From: an uncultured Bacilli bacterium
GTDB taxonomy: Bacteria; Bacillota_I; Bacilli_A; RFN20; CAG-826
Direction: 5' to 3'
Assembly (NCBI GenBank): GCA_944369075.1
Contig: CALVXK010000003.1
Location: 30,876-94,875, forward strand
Length of the DNA stretch: 64,000 nt
Shown here: positions 1-9,986 of the stretch, piece after piece
Layout: each line of letters starts with the position of its first letter
Numbering within the stretch: the stretch's first letter is position 1
Position numbers and translations under genes: made by a program
The notes under the pieces: generated by a model
The model's database searches: none
Told to the model about the DNA's origin: nothing
The model's input: the letters and a program-made list of their open reading frames with translations, nothing else

Positions 1-392
1 TCATCAAAAACAATAACTCCATCAACATGTGTTTTAATAATTTTTTCAATAGATTCAATAGCATCGCTTCTTGAATGAGAAGATGTATATAAGTTAGTTG
101 TAAAACCCTTAGATTTGCAGACTTCGATAATACCATTCAACATGTTGGAAATATAAACATAGTTTGCACTAGGAATAATAATACCAATAGATGTAGTTTT
201 ATTAGTCGCTAAAGCTTGGGCTAACCCACTAGGTTTATAGCCTAATTTATTAATGATAGATAAAACCTTATCTCTTGTTTCTTCTTTTACAGTTGTCGTA
301 TTATTAATAACTCTACTAACTGTTGCAAGAGATACACCGGCTGCTTTAGCGACTTCGTAAATAGTTACTCTTTCTTTGTAATCCTTACTCAT
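1..392 (-). CDS. LacI-family transcriptional regulator, N-terminal part (3' end runs off the window)
   Basis: The reverse complement of 392..301 reads MSKDYKERVTIYEVAKAAGVSLATVSRVINN, the classic LacI/GalR HTH. It continues into a periplasmic-binding-like core (SIGIIIPS...). It is absent from the ORF track because no stop lies in the window. Confidence 0.8.
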   Translation of the reverse strand, partial: MSKDYKERVTIYEVAKAAGVSLATVSRVINNTTTVKEETRDKVLSIINKLGYKPSGLAQALATNKTTSIGIIIPSANYVYISNMLNGIIEVCKSKGFTTNLYTSSHSRSDAIESIEKIIKTHVDGVIVFD

Positions 393-574
393 ACTAAATT
401 TAAAATTTCTTCCATATTTTCGGATATTTTAAACAAAAATTTTCCGAAAACCTCTTACATTATGAGATATTTTCTAAGATTTGACAAATAAAAAATTAAA
501 TATTATGAAAAAATTTTCATAAATTTGAAAATAAAGGAATTTTATCGTCATTTAGAAGTTTGTAAAACTAAAAT

Positions 575-1204
575 TTATCCTTTGTAATCAATAAAAAAGT
601 CATCACCAACTTTTAAAGATTCGTCATTAATTTCTAAAAGTCCATGAATATTTTCATATCCTTTTAAGCCTAATTCTCTCCCACTGCAAAGCATTCCAAA
701 ACTTTCAACTTTCATAAGTTTACCGGGTACAATTTGTTTCCCATCAGGCATAAAAGTATAAGGCATTGCACAAACACATTTTAAATCTTGTCTAGCATTA
801 AATGCACCACAAACAATTTGAAGAGGTTCTTTTTCACCAACATCAACTTTACAAATATGTAAGTGATCACTATCAGGATGTTCTTCAATATCGATAATTT
901 TTGCAATTCTAAATCCTGAATCTTTTAAATAAGGAAGAGGTTTTAATCCTTTAGAAGTTAATAAAGAATTTAAAACATCAGTAACTTCATTATTTAAATG
1001 ATGAATAAATCCATCAGCTTTAATTTTTATAATATCAGAAATATTAAAAATATTAATTCCGACTAAATCATCGTTGTCATATAAAACGACAACATTATCA
1101 TGTTTTTCAACTCTAGTAGGATACTCATTAGGCTTAAACTCAATAAGTAAAACATCGCCTATTGTTTTATGATTGTAATAAAGTCCATATCTATTATTTT
1201 CCAT
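575..1204 (-). CDS. ytpR: tRNA-binding domain protein (YtpR/CsaA-like)
   Basis: The C-terminal EMAP/PheT-type tRNA-binding OB fold carries HPDSDHLHICKVDVGE...LQIVCGAFN. I trimmed the start to the internal ATG at 1204 (MENNRYG), which has a purine-rich RBS and avoids overlap with the upstream gene. Confidence 0.75.
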   Translation of the reverse strand: MENNRYGLYYNHKTIGDVLLIEFKPNEYPTRVEKHDNVVVLYDNDDLVGINIFNISDIIKIKADGFIHHLNNEVTDVLNSLLTSKGLKPLPYLKDSGFRIAKIIDIEEHPDSDHLHICKVDVGEKEPLQIVCGAFNARQDLKCVCAMPYTFMPDGKQIVPGKLMKVESFGMLCSGRELGLKGYENIHGLLEINDESLKVGDDFFIDYKG

Positions 1205-1205
1205 A

Positions 1206-2288
1206 TTAATACCTACTCTCTTTAAATTCATTAAATTTATCTCTATTAAAGTCTTTTAACATATAAACTAGGGAATCTCTTGCTGAAATATAATCGCTAA
1301 CATCCATAATACTAGATTGAGTATGAATTGATCTAGCACAAATACAATGAGTTAAAGTCATTACATTTCTTAAATGGACTTGCCCAGCATTTGTTCCACC
1401 CATTGTTTCGAAATATTGATACTTACCATTAGTTTTTACAACTGCTTCTTTTTGCCACTTAAGTAAAGCTTTTGAAGCAATCATATTCGAATCAACAAAT
1501 CTAAGTAATACTCCCGATCCAATTTTACCAAAATCGGAATTAGAAATACTATCTTTTGCAGTTGAGCAATCTAGAACGAAAGCAAAATCAGGCTTAATTT
1601 CTTGATAAATTGTTTGAACTCCTCTTAACCCAACTTCTTCTTGAGTTGATCCACCAACGTATAAGTCAAAAGGCAAATCAGTATCTTTTAATATGTTTAA
1701 TATATCAAGCCCTAAAATAATTCCATATCTATCATCAAGAGCCTTTGATAAAATTCTTTTACCACCATTTAAAAACTCAATTTCACCTTTTAATGAAATC
1801 ATATTACCGATTTCAACTCCATTATTAAGAGCATCTTCTTTAGAAAAGAAACCAAAATCCATTAATAAATTATCTCTATTAACTTCTTGGCTTTGACCTT
1901 TTAATAAATGTGGTGGAGTTGAATCTATTGCACCTTCAAAAGTTTTTCCTTCTTCTACCGTTAAAGTAACTCTATTTGATAATAGTGTTTGATAATTAAA
2001 TCCTCCTAAAGGATAAGGAACAACTAAGCCATTGTCTTTAATTTCTTTAACTATAAATCCAACTTCATCCATATGAGCATCAATCATAACTTTAAGATTT
2101 GTTGGATTATTTCTACTCTTTTTTAAAGCGAAAATGGACCCTAAATTATCTTTTACTAGTTCTAAACCTAATTTTGAGTATTCATTAACAAGATAATGAG
2201 CTACTTGTTTTTCATTCCCACTAACACCATTAAGCTGAGTTAAATCTTTAAAATATTTAATCTCTAATTCATTTAATAAGCTATCCAT
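1206..2288 (-). CDS. M42-family aminopeptidase (YtoP/FrvX-like)
   Basis: Metal-ligand motifs HMDEVGF and ALDDRYG are present. Length is 360 aa, and the gene sits next to ytpR as in Bacillus. Confidence 0.8.
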   Translation of the reverse strand: MDSLLNELEIKYFKDLTQLNGVSGNEKQVAHYLVNEYSKLGLELVKDNLGSIFALKKSRNNPTNLKVMIDAHMDEVGFIVKEIKDNGLVVPYPLGGFNYQTLLSNRVTLTVEEGKTFEGAIDSTPPHLLKGQSQEVNRDNLLMDFGFFSKEDALNNGVEIGNMISLKGEIEFLNGGKRILSKALDDRYGIILGLDILNILKDTDLPFDLYVGGSTQEEVGLRGVQTIYQEIKPDFAFVLDCSTAKDSISNSDFGKIGSGVLLRFVDSNMIASKALLKWQKEAVVKTNGKYQYFETMGGTNAGQVHLRNVMTLTHCICARSIHTQSSIMDVSDYISARDSLVYMLKDFNRDKFNEFKESRY

Positions 2289-2297
2289 ACAATCTCC

Positions 2298-2921
2298 TTA
2301 TTTTGTTAAAATTAGTCGTTTAATTTTTATATCATGAGATTTAAATTTCTCTTCAAATTCTGTTTCTTCATCAACGTTAGGATCAACTTGATAATCTAGA
2401 TTTTCATAAATTATATTGAAACCATTTTCGATAAAAGATTCTCTTGAATAAGCAAAAAAATCATCATTATCTGTTTTAAAATAGATTTTTCCATCTGATT
2501 TTAAAATATTTTTATACGATTCTAAAAACAACTTCGAAGTAAGTCTTCTTTTTTCGTGTCTTTTTTTAGGCCAAGGATCACTAAAATTTAAAAAAATTCC
2601 ATCAAAAGTTTCTTTATCTAATAAAGATGATAATTTAAAAAAGTCATCTGCCACCATTTTTACGTTATGAATTTCTCCATCTTCATCAATCTTTTTTAAA
2701 CAAATTCCTGCAATGGTAGGCGAAATTTCAACAACTAAAAAATTGTAATTAGGAAATTTCTTTGCCATTCCTAAAATAAATTTACCTTTACCAGGGCCAA
2801 TTTCTAAAAAGCACTTATTTTCTTTTAAATAGTTTTTTAAAGAATCAATATCTTCTAAGGTAAAGATATTTGGAGATTCTTTTAAATAATCTACTGCCCA
2901 TTGTTTAAACTTAGTTCTCAT
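2298..2921 (-). CDS. trmB: tRNA (guanine46-N7)-methyltransferase
   Basis: The SAM loop LEIGPGKGKF and the TrmB signature FSDPWPKKRHEKRRL are both present. Confidence 0.9.
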   Translation of the reverse strand: MRTKFKQWAVDYLKESPNIFTLEDIDSLKNYLKENKCFLEIGPGKGKFILGMAKKFPNYNFLVVEISPTIAGICLKKIDEDGEIHNVKMVADDFFKLSSLLDKETFDGIFLNFSDPWPKKRHEKRRLTSKLFLESYKNILKSDGKIYFKTDNDDFFAYSRESFIENGFNIIYENLDYQVDPNVDEETEFEEKFKSHDIKIKRLILTK

Positions 2922-4282
2922 TATTTTAAATTACCTAAAGCATAAATTGCATGAGCATAAAGTGACATTGATGTGTAGAAATCTTCTAAATCAATTTTTT
3001 CGTTTGCGTCATGAATATGATCAACTTTACCAGGGAAATTTGAGCCAAAAGCTACCGTGTTTTTTGCTTCTTTTGCATAAGTTCCGCCACCAATTGTCTT
3101 AGGTTTATTTACTCTATCGCCTGTTTCTTCTACATAGACACTAGCTAAAACTTTAATAAATAGGGTATTTTCTGGGTCAAAATATAAAACTTCAGATCCT
3201 TTTTCGTAAGTAATTTCATATGGAGATTCGCTTTTAATTTTTGCTATAACTTCATCGACATTAACGTTTTCTGGATATCTAAAGTTTACGTCCATCGTGA
3301 ATAAAGAATTTTCATATGAAATTAGACCAACATTATAAGTTGTTGAACCCATATTTTTTGTTTCATAGAAACAGTATAAATTCTTTCCAAATGGATTTTC
3401 ATATTCATTTGCTAAAAGAGATAGGTGTGGCTCATTGTAACAATCGCCTAAAACTGATAAAGCAATAATACCTGCATTGACACCAAGTTCTGGAGTAGAT
3501 CCATGTGCAGCTGTACCAATAAATTCGAATGTATTTTCGTCTAATTTTTTATAATTAATTAAATCGTGTTTCTTTAAATAATCTTCTAATTTATTTGGAG
3601 TTTTAACTTTTACAATAGCACTATCAATAACTGAATTAACAACAACTCCTGCTTTTATAGATATAATATCTTTAAAAACTTCTTTTCCTTCATAATGATA
3701 ATTTGTAATACCTTTTTCACCATAAATTAATGGGAAATCACCATCAGGAGTAAATCCATAAGTAGGTTGTTCTTTCTTTAATTCATTAAAATAATATTCA
3801 AGGCAAGATGAACCTCTTTCTTCATCTCCACCATAAACAAGTCTAACTCTAAAATTCTTAATTAATCCATTATCTTTTAAAGCTTTTAAAGCATAATATG
3901 AGGCAATACCTGGACCTTTATCATCGCTTGTTCCTCTTCCATAAAGTCTATCATCTTTTAAAGTTGGTGTAAAAGGATCCGTGTCCCAGCCAACACTTGA
4001 AACAGGAACAACATCTTGATGGGCTAAGATATAAATTAAATTATCACCTTCACCACAAGAAATTTCTAAGCATCTGCCATCACATCTATCGACACTAAAA
4101 CCATCTTTCAAAGCAATTTCACTTAAAAAATCAAAGCATTTTTTTACTCCTGCACCATAAGGAGCTTCTTTAGATATGGTTTTTTCATCATAAACACTAT
4201 TAATAGAAATATCTTTTTTCAAAGTTTCTAAAGCATCGTTATAATAAGGTTTTACTAAATCTTTAAAATTAATTTCGCTCAT
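2921..4282 (-). CDS. pepV: M20-family dipeptidase (PepV/Sapep-like)
   Basis: Motifs HQDVVP and GRGTSDDKGP are present, in about 450 aa. The start is set at the ATG at 4282 (MSEINF), preceded by GAGGA. Confidence 0.85.
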   Translation of the reverse strand: MSEINFKDLVKPYYNDALETLKKDISINSVYDEKTISKEAPYGAGVKKCFDFLSEIALKDGFSVDRCDGRCLEISCGEGDNLIYILAHQDVVPVSSVGWDTDPFTPTLKDDRLYGRGTSDDKGPGIASYYALKALKDNGLIKNFRVRLVYGGDEERGSSCLEYYFNELKKEQPTYGFTPDGDFPLIYGEKGITNYHYEGKEVFKDIISIKAGVVVNSVIDSAIVKVKTPNKLEDYLKKHDLINYKKLDENTFEFIGTAAHGSTPELGVNAGIIALSVLGDCYNEPHLSLLANEYENPFGKNLYCFYETKNMGSTTYNVGLISYENSLFTMDVNFRYPENVNVDEVIAKIKSESPYEITYEKGSEVLYFDPENTLFIKVLASVYVEETGDRVNKPKTIGGGTYAKEAKNTVAFGSNFPGKVDHIHDANEKIDLEDFYTSMSLYAHAIYALGNLK

Positions 4283-4327
4283 AAAAAATCCTCGCAAAAG
4301 ATATTATACTTAATTTTAAAAAACTTG

Positions 4328-4975
4328 CTATGCACGAACTACTTTAAATTTACGGTCATCTTCTTCTTTGACGAATTTTATTTGTCTGATTGCCAAATAA
4401 GCAGGTAAAACAATTACAAAGGCGACAGCCCCCTCAACAACCATATTAATTGCAGACATTGCTGTAATTAACCCTAAGAAAGCATCGCTAGTTAAAATAG
4501 TGCTTAAACCTAAAGCTTCTGTAATATGGAATGGATCTAAAACACCAAAAACATATAGGCATGACATTGTTAAAACTGTATGTAAGCAAGTAAAAACAAA
4601 GCATAAAAATGGAGTTACAATTGAAAATTTAACTAAAGTTGTATGTTTTTTAATTACATCGAAAACAATTCCAGCAATAAAGCCAAATAAAGCTCTTGGT
4701 AAAACTGAAACAAATGGATTTAAAAATGCAAAGTCAAAAGTTCCAGGATACATTGCAGCTTTAATTAAAGAAGTTAAACCAAAAATAAATCCATAAAGTA
4801 AACCTTTTTTCCGTCCAAACAAACATGCTCCAATTAAAACAAAAACATGCATTACTTGAATTGAAATAGGTCCAATTTGATAATATCCTAAATAAGGAAC
4901 AAAAGTAAAAAGCACAAAGAGTGCAACAAATAAGGCATCAATTGCGATGCTTCTAAATAAATGTAAATTCTTCAT
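4328..4975 (-). CDS. Polytopic membrane protein, probable ECF-transporter S component (pantothenate-type suspected from context)
   Basis: 215 aa with about six hydrophobic helices and an S-component-like N-terminus. It lies 2 nt downstream of coaX in the same operon. The substrate assignment comes from context only. Confidence 0.45.
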   Translation of the reverse strand: MKNLHLFRSIAIDALFVALFVLFTFVPYLGYYQIGPISIQVMHVFVLIGACLFGRKKGLLYGFIFGLTSLIKAAMYPGTFDFAFLNPFVSVLPRALFGFIAGIVFDVIKKHTTLVKFSIVTPFLCFVFTCLHTVLTMSCLYVFGVLDPFHITEALGLSTILTSDAFLGLITAMSAINMVVEGAVAFVIVLPAYLAIRQIKFVKEEDDRKFKVVRA

Positions 4976-4977
4976 TA

Positions 4978-5742
4978 TTATTTCTCGCTTTCATTAATTT
5001 TGTAAATTTTAAATAATCCATCTAAGGCAAGATTTTCTTCATAAGCAAAACATACTATTTCGTCTTTAATTATTTTAGAAAATCCTCCAGTTAAAACTCT
5101 ATTTAAAGAATAACCTAACTCATTTTCCATTCTTCGAGCAAATTCACTAACCATATAAGCTTGGCCATAAATTACTCCTGATTGGATACATTCTTTTGTG
5201 TTTTTACAAATAATTTTATTAGGTTTTTCTAGTAAAACATCATAAAGTTGGGCAGTATTATCAACTAAACCTTTTAAAGATACTTTCATTCCAGCCGTAA
5301 TAACTCCACCAATAAAACACCCATTTTTATCAATTACTGATAATTTAGTTGTTGTTCCTAAATCAGCAATAACTAGTGGTGCTTTATATTTTTCTAAAGC
5401 CCCTACAGCAGTTGAAATAAAATCAGTACCAAGTTCTTTTGGATTATCAATTTTAATAGGAAGTTTAGTCTTTAAATCCTTATTTAAAATTTTAACCTTA
5501 ACGTTAAATACTTTAGCAATTGCATCTGCTAATACTTTTGTTAACGATGGTACAACACTAGAAATAATCGCTCCATTACAAGATAAATTATCTTGGGAAG
5601 CAAGAAGTTTTAGACGCATTGCAAAATCATCACTACTTCTTGTTTCTTTAGATAAAAATAAATAGCGACTTTTTAATAGTCCCGTTTCATCATAAAAGCC
5701 GAGATCAATTGCGGTATTCCCACAATCTAAACATAAAATCAT
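4978..5742 (-). CDS. coaX: Type III pantothenate kinase
   Basis: The N-terminal LCLDCGNT (DxGNT) motif and an ASKHA-fold pattern are present, in 254 aa. Confidence 0.85.
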   Translation of the reverse strand: MILCLDCGNTAIDLGFYDETGLLKSRYLFLSKETRSSDDFAMRLKLLASQDNLSCNGAIISSVVPSLTKVLADAIAKVFNVKVKILNKDLKTKLPIKIDNPKELGTDFISTAVGALEKYKAPLVIADLGTTTKLSVIDKNGCFIGGVITAGMKVSLKGLVDNTAQLYDVLLEKPNKIICKNTKECIQSGVIYGQAYMVSEFARRMENELGYSLNRVLTGGFSKIIKDEIVCFAYEENLALDGLFKIYKINESEK

Positions 5743-5795
5743 ATTTTCTCCTTTCTACAATCTAATTTCTTAGTATCGTGAAACGTACGTGTATG

Positions 5796-5824
5796 ATAAT
5801 AATCTAGCTTTAATGTAAAATCAA
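5796..5824 (-). promoter_or_regulatory. Candidate sigma-A promoter for the coaX operon
   Basis: On the minus strand: TTGATT (5824..5819), a 17-nt spacer, then TATTAT (5801..5796). Confidence 0.4.
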
Positions 5825-5852
5825 TGAAAATAAGATAAAAATGATTCCAAAG

Positions 5853-5881
5853 TAAAAATTAGAGCTCAACGAGCTCTAATT
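5853..5881 (-). terminator. Rho-independent terminator after leuS
   Basis: Perfect hairpin ATTAGAGCTC-aac-GAGCTCTAAT, followed on the minus strand by a T run. Confidence 0.8.
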
Positions 5882-5888
5882 TCCTTTA

Positions 5889-8288
5889 TTATCCTTTAAT
5901 AACTATATTTACAATTCTACCTTTAACGTAAATTACTTTAGCAATTTCCTTACCTTCAATAAATTTCTTTACTTTCTCCGAAGATAATGCCTTTTCTTTA
6001 ACACTATTTTCATCTTCATCTACGTTAACTTCAATTGTATCTCTTAATTTACCATTTACTTGAATAGCAATTTTTGCAGTATTTTTTGTTAGTTTTGATT
6101 CATCATATGCTGGCCAAGAAGTATAAGTAATCATATCTTCATGTCCTAATATATGCCAAATTTCTTCTCCAACAAATGGACAAATACAATCAAACATTTT
6201 AATGAAATTTTCCATATAAGGCTTATAAATTGATTTAGCCTTATAAACTTCATTAATAAAGATCATCATTTGTGAAATAGCGGTATTAAATTGTAAAGAT
6301 TCAAAATCTTTTGTAACTTTTTTGACTGTATAGTTATAAACATAATCAAGTTCATGTGAATTTTCATCACTAAACTTAGCTACATAATCGCTTTCAGTAT
6401 AAAGACGATAAACTCTTTCAATAAATTTTCTTGAACCTTCACATCCACCATCATTCCAAGGTAATGAATCTTCTAATGGTCCCATAAACATTTCATAAAG
6501 TCTTAATGTATCAGCACCATACTTTGTAACAATATCATCTGGATTAATGACGTTTCCTCTAGATTTAGACATTTTTTCACCATTTGCACCTAAAATCATG
6601 CCTTGATGGAATAATTTTTTAAATGGTTCTTTGCATGATACAATACCCTTATCATAAAGATATTTGTGCCAGAAACGAGCATATAGTAAATGTAAAACCG
6701 CATGTTCTTGTCCGCCAACATATAAATCAACAGGAAGCCAGTGATCTAAAAGTTTTTTATCACCAATTTCTTTATCATTATGTGGATCAATATATCTAAT
6801 ATAGTACCAACAAGATCCTGCCCATTGAGGCATTGTGTTTGTTTCTCTAACACCTTCTTTCCCGTTTTTTGTTACATGTAACCAAGAAATTGCATGAACT
6901 AATGGAGATTCACCTGTTCCAGATGGCTTATATTCATCAAGTTCAGGCAAAACTAATGGTAAATTATCTTCTAATCCAACCGTTCCATCGTTATAGAAAA
7001 TAATTGGAATTGGCTCACCCCAATATCTTTGTCTAGAAAAAAGCCAATCTCTAAGTTTATAGTTAACTTTAAAATTACCTTTTCCAAGTTCAATTAATTT
7101 ATTAGTAATAGCTTTTTTAGCTTCATCAATCATCATTCCATTAATGAAATCTGAATTAATATGTTTTGCATCACCAGTAAAAGCCTTTTCAGAAACATCT
7201 CCTTCAAGTACTGGAATAATTTCTAGACCATATTTTTTAGCAAATACATAATCTCTATCATCATGAGCAGGGCAAGCCATAACAGCTCCACTCCCATAAG
7301 AAGCTAAAACATAATCTCCAATAAAGATAGGAATTTCTTTATTATTTATAGGATTAATTGCATAAGCACCAGTAAATACACCGGTTTTTTCTTTACTTGT
7401 TCCAGTTCTTTCTAGATCTGATTTTGATTCGCATTCTTTTACGTATTGTTCAACTTTATCTTTTTGTTCTTCAGCTGTAATCTTTTTAACTAATGGATGT
7501 TCTGGAGCTAAAGTGACAAAAGTTGCACCAAATAAAGTATCAGCTCTAGTTGTATAAACCTTAAATGATTCATTAAAACCTTTAATATCAAAAACAATTT
7601 CAGTACCATAACTTTTTCCAATCCAGTTTCTTTGCATTTCGATTGTAGAAGCTGGCCAATCAAGTTCAGCTAAATCATCAGCAAGTCTATCAGCATAAGC
7701 AGTAATTCTTAAGTTCCATTGTTTCATTGGTTTTCTAATTACAGGACAGCCGCCTCTTTCACTTTTTCCATCGATAACTTCTTCGTTTGCCAAAACAGTA
7801 CCAAGTTCTGGACAAAAGTTAACTGGTTTATAATCTATATAAGCAAGATTATCTTCATACATCATAGAGAAAATCTTTTGAGTCCATTTATAATATGATG
7901 GCTCACAAGTTGTTACTTCTCTATCATAATCATAAGAAAAGCCAAGTAATTGTAATTGTCTTCTAAAATTATTAATGTTTTTTATTGTAAATTCATATGG
8001 ATGTTTATTCATTTTCATTGCATATTGCTCGGCAGGCAAACCAAAAGCATCCCATCCAATTGGGTGAAGAACATTAAATCCTTGCATTCTCTTCATTCTT
8101 GCAATTATATCAGTTGCTGTATATCCTTCAGGGTGACCAACATGTAAACCTTGACCACTAGGGAAAGGAAACATATCTAATACATAATATTTTGGTTTGG
8201 AAAAATCATAGACATCGGTTTTATATTCTTTGTTTTTTAACCAGATTTCTCTCCATTTTTTCTCTACTTCTAAATGGTTATAAGCCAT
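5889..8288 (-). CDS. leuS: Leucyl-tRNA synthetase
   Basis: 799 aa with the HIGH variant HVGHPEGY, the KMSKS motif and the class Ia CP1 editing domain pattern. Confidence 0.97.
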   Translation of the reverse strand: MAYNHLEVEKKWREIWLKNKEYKTDVYDFSKPKYYVLDMFPFPSGQGLHVGHPEGYTATDIIARMKRMQGFNVLHPIGWDAFGLPAEQYAMKMNKHPYEFTIKNINNFRRQLQLLGFSYDYDREVTTCEPSYYKWTQKIFSMMYEDNLAYIDYKPVNFCPELGTVLANEEVIDGKSERGGCPVIRKPMKQWNLRITAYADRLADDLAELDWPASTIEMQRNWIGKSYGTEIVFDIKGFNESFKVYTTRADTLFGATFVTLAPEHPLVKKITAEEQKDKVEQYVKECESKSDLERTGTSKEKTGVFTGAYAINPINNKEIPIFIGDYVLASYGSGAVMACPAHDDRDYVFAKKYGLEIIPVLEGDVSEKAFTGDAKHINSDFINGMMIDEAKKAITNKLIELGKGNFKVNYKLRDWLFSRQRYWGEPIPIIFYNDGTVGLEDNLPLVLPELDEYKPSGTGESPLVHAISWLHVTKNGKEGVRETNTMPQWAGSCWYYIRYIDPHNDKEIGDKKLLDHWLPVDLYVGGQEHAVLHLLYARFWHKYLYDKGIVSCKEPFKKLFHQGMILGANGEKMSKSRGNVINPDDIVTKYGADTLRLYEMFMGPLEDSLPWNDGGCEGSRKFIERVYRLYTESDYVAKFSDENSHELDYVYNYTVKKVTKDFESLQFNTAISQMMIFINEVYKAKSIYKPYMENFIKMFDCICPFVGEEIWHILGHEDMITYTSWPAYDESKLTKNTAKIAIQVNGKLRDTIEVNVDEDENSVKEKALSSEKVKKFIEGKEIAKVIYVKGRIVNIVIKG

Positions 8289-8299
8289 ATATAACTCCT

Positions 8300-8480
8300 T
8301 TCTATTAAAAAGTCCTTATATCAAAAGATATAAGGACGTAAAAACATTTTTACGCGGTACCACCTTATTTCGTATAAAATAATACGCACTTAATTTGTTA
8401 AATTTAATTTAGTAACGATGAGACTTTATTTTTAACTACTACTTTCCACCAAACATAGCTCTCTATAAGTTAAATAAATA
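8300..8480 (-). promoter_or_regulatory. T-box leader (Leu specifier) with intrinsic terminator
   Basis: On the minus strand the Stem I AGAGA and GGTGGAAAG elements are present. The candidate specifier is CTC followed by A (8422..8420). The T-box sequence is GGTGGTACCGCG (8364..8353). The terminator is GTCCTTATA-tcttttga-TATAAGGAC plus TTTTT (8337..8307), directly upstream of the leuS RBS. Confidence 0.85.
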
Positions 8481-8532
8481 AATTATTCGCCATGCATAAA
8501 GTTATCATTATTGACAACCTTTTTCAAGATAC

Positions 8533-9984
8533 TTAATTGTTATAAGAAAGAACTAATTCATATAATTCAAGATATTTATCAGCACTCTTATCCCAAGTAT
8601 GATCTGTTTTCATAGCATTATGTACAAGTTCATTAAATACTTTTTTATGATTAAAGAAAGTATCTAAGGCAAGATCAACGCACCATCTAGCTGCATCTTG
8701 ATTATAATCATCAAAACCAAAACCATTAGCAACATCTTGATTCTTTCTTTCTTTATCATAGCAAATAACGCTATCTTTTAGTCCCCCAGTTCTTCTAACT
8801 AAAGGTAAAGAACCATACCTATGAGCAATCATTTGTCCTAATCCACAAGGCTCAAATGCACTTGGCATAATAAAGAAATCACTAGAAGCATAAAGTTTAT
8901 GAGCAATATCATCGCTATATCCAATATAAACGAATGTATCGTTTGGATGACGAGCATATAAATCGTTAAACATTTGTTCAGTATCATATTGTCCGCTTCC
9001 TAAAACTGCAAAAGTTCCACCGTTTCCAATTAAATGCTCTGCCATAGCATAAATTAAATCTAATCCTTTTTGATCAGTTAATCTAGAAACTACTGCAAAA
9101 AGAGGTTTATTTTGATCTAGACCATGTTCATTAGCAAAAATTTCTTTATTTATTTTTTTATCGGTTAAACAATTTTTAACGTTATATTTATGATAAATTG
9201 AACTATCTTTTGATGGATCAAATTCTTTATAATCCATTCCATTAAGTATTCCAACAAAGTCATTTTGCCTTAAAACTAAGTCGTACCATAATCCCTTACT
9301 GCCTTCGACCGTTGTAAGTTCAAAAGCATGTGTAGGAGAAACAGTTGTAATTTTATCAGCAAATTTTATTCCGGCTTTTAAAGTAGAAACTTGGTTATCA
9401 AATCTAACACTTCCATTATCATATAACCAAAGTGGTAAATTAAATAAATCACCTAATGATTCTCTAGAAAGATATCCTTTAAATAATGGATTATGAATCG
9501 TCAAAACTGTTCTTATTTTTCCTAAAACTTGATCATTTTGATATAAATTCTTCAATATACAAGGAATCATACCGCCTTGCCAGTCATGAACATGACAAAT
9601 ATCAATTCTAAATGGTAAGTGCTTGATAAGTTCAATTACGGCATTTGAAAAGAAAGCAAATCTTTCTCCATCATCATAAAAACCATACAAACCACCATCT
9701 CTTGAAAAATAATAATCATTTTCAATAAAGAAATAGTCTATTCCGTCATGTAAACAATATAAAACATTGGCATTTTGTTCTCTCCAAGACATTTTTACAG
9801 GGAAAGAGTAAATAAAAGTTACATGATTTTTCTCAAAATCAAATTTTTTCTTATATAAAGGTGAAACAACTAGAACATTATGGCCTTTTTTAACAAATTC
9901 TTTGCTTAAAGAATAGGCAACATCGCCTAAACCACCAGTTTTAGAATAAGGAAGGCATTCACTTGTAGCCATTAAAATATTCAT
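8533..9984 (-). CDS. glgA: Glycogen synthase (ADP-glucose type)
   Basis: The N-terminal KTGGLGDV motif and a GT5 architecture are present, in 483 aa. Confidence 0.93.
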   Translation of the reverse strand: MNILMATSECLPYSKTGGLGDVAYSLSKEFVKKGHNVLVVSPLYKKKFDFEKNHVTFIYSFPVKMSWREQNANVLYCLHDGIDYFFIENDYYFSRDGGLYGFYDDGERFAFFSNAVIELIKHLPFRIDICHVHDWQGGMIPCILKNLYQNDQVLGKIRTVLTIHNPLFKGYLSRESLGDLFNLPLWLYDNGSVRFDNQVSTLKAGIKFADKITTVSPTHAFELTTVEGSKGLWYDLVLRQNDFVGILNGMDYKEFDPSKDSSIYHKYNVKNCLTDKKINKEIFANEHGLDQNKPLFAVVSRLTDQKGLDLIYAMAEHLIGNGGTFAVLGSGQYDTEQMFNDLYARHPNDTFVYIGYSDDIAHKLYASSDFFIMPSAFEPCGLGQMIAHRYGSLPLVRRTGGLKDSVICYDKERKNQDVANGFGFDDYNQDAARWCVDLALDTFFNHKKVFNELVHNAMKTDHTWDKSADKYLELYELVLSYNN

Positions 9985-9986
9985 AG

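Noticed and set aside
415-455. An inverted repeat TTTTCGGA...TCCGAAAA lies between the ytpR stop and the LacI-family regulator start.
   Set aside because: The stem is only 8 bp and A/T-rich, with a loop of about 18 nt, so it is a poor intrinsic terminator. It does not resemble the TGNAANCGNTTNCA-type LacI/CcpA operators. Chance occurrence in AT-rich spacer DNA is likely.
1693-1896. The track lists short antisense or overlapping ORFs inside well-supported genes. Examples are 1693-1896, 4500-4796, 7956-8147, 9959-10168, 11353-11547, 12388-12646, 14265-14597, 15650-15832, 19669-19902, 20969-21160, 26061-26243, 27052-27237, 34887-35207, 37749-37934, 40625-40873, 41126-41353, 42706-42891, 45713-45937, 46564-46767, 50061-50273, the five inside fusA (51234-52768), and 61649-61888.
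   Set aside because: Each lies wholly within, or antisense to, a long ORF with clear family motifs. Their translations are low-complexity (Ser/Leu/Lys/Phe-rich), as expected from the reverse frame of AT-rich coding DNA. None has an RBS or a recognisable motif.
8481-8520. A possible promoter for the leuS T-box leader: TTGTCA at 8517-8512, with GAATAAT further downstream.
   Set aside because: The spacing between the -35-like and -10-like elements does not fit 16-18 nt in any register I tried. The T-box itself is well supported, but the promoter is not.
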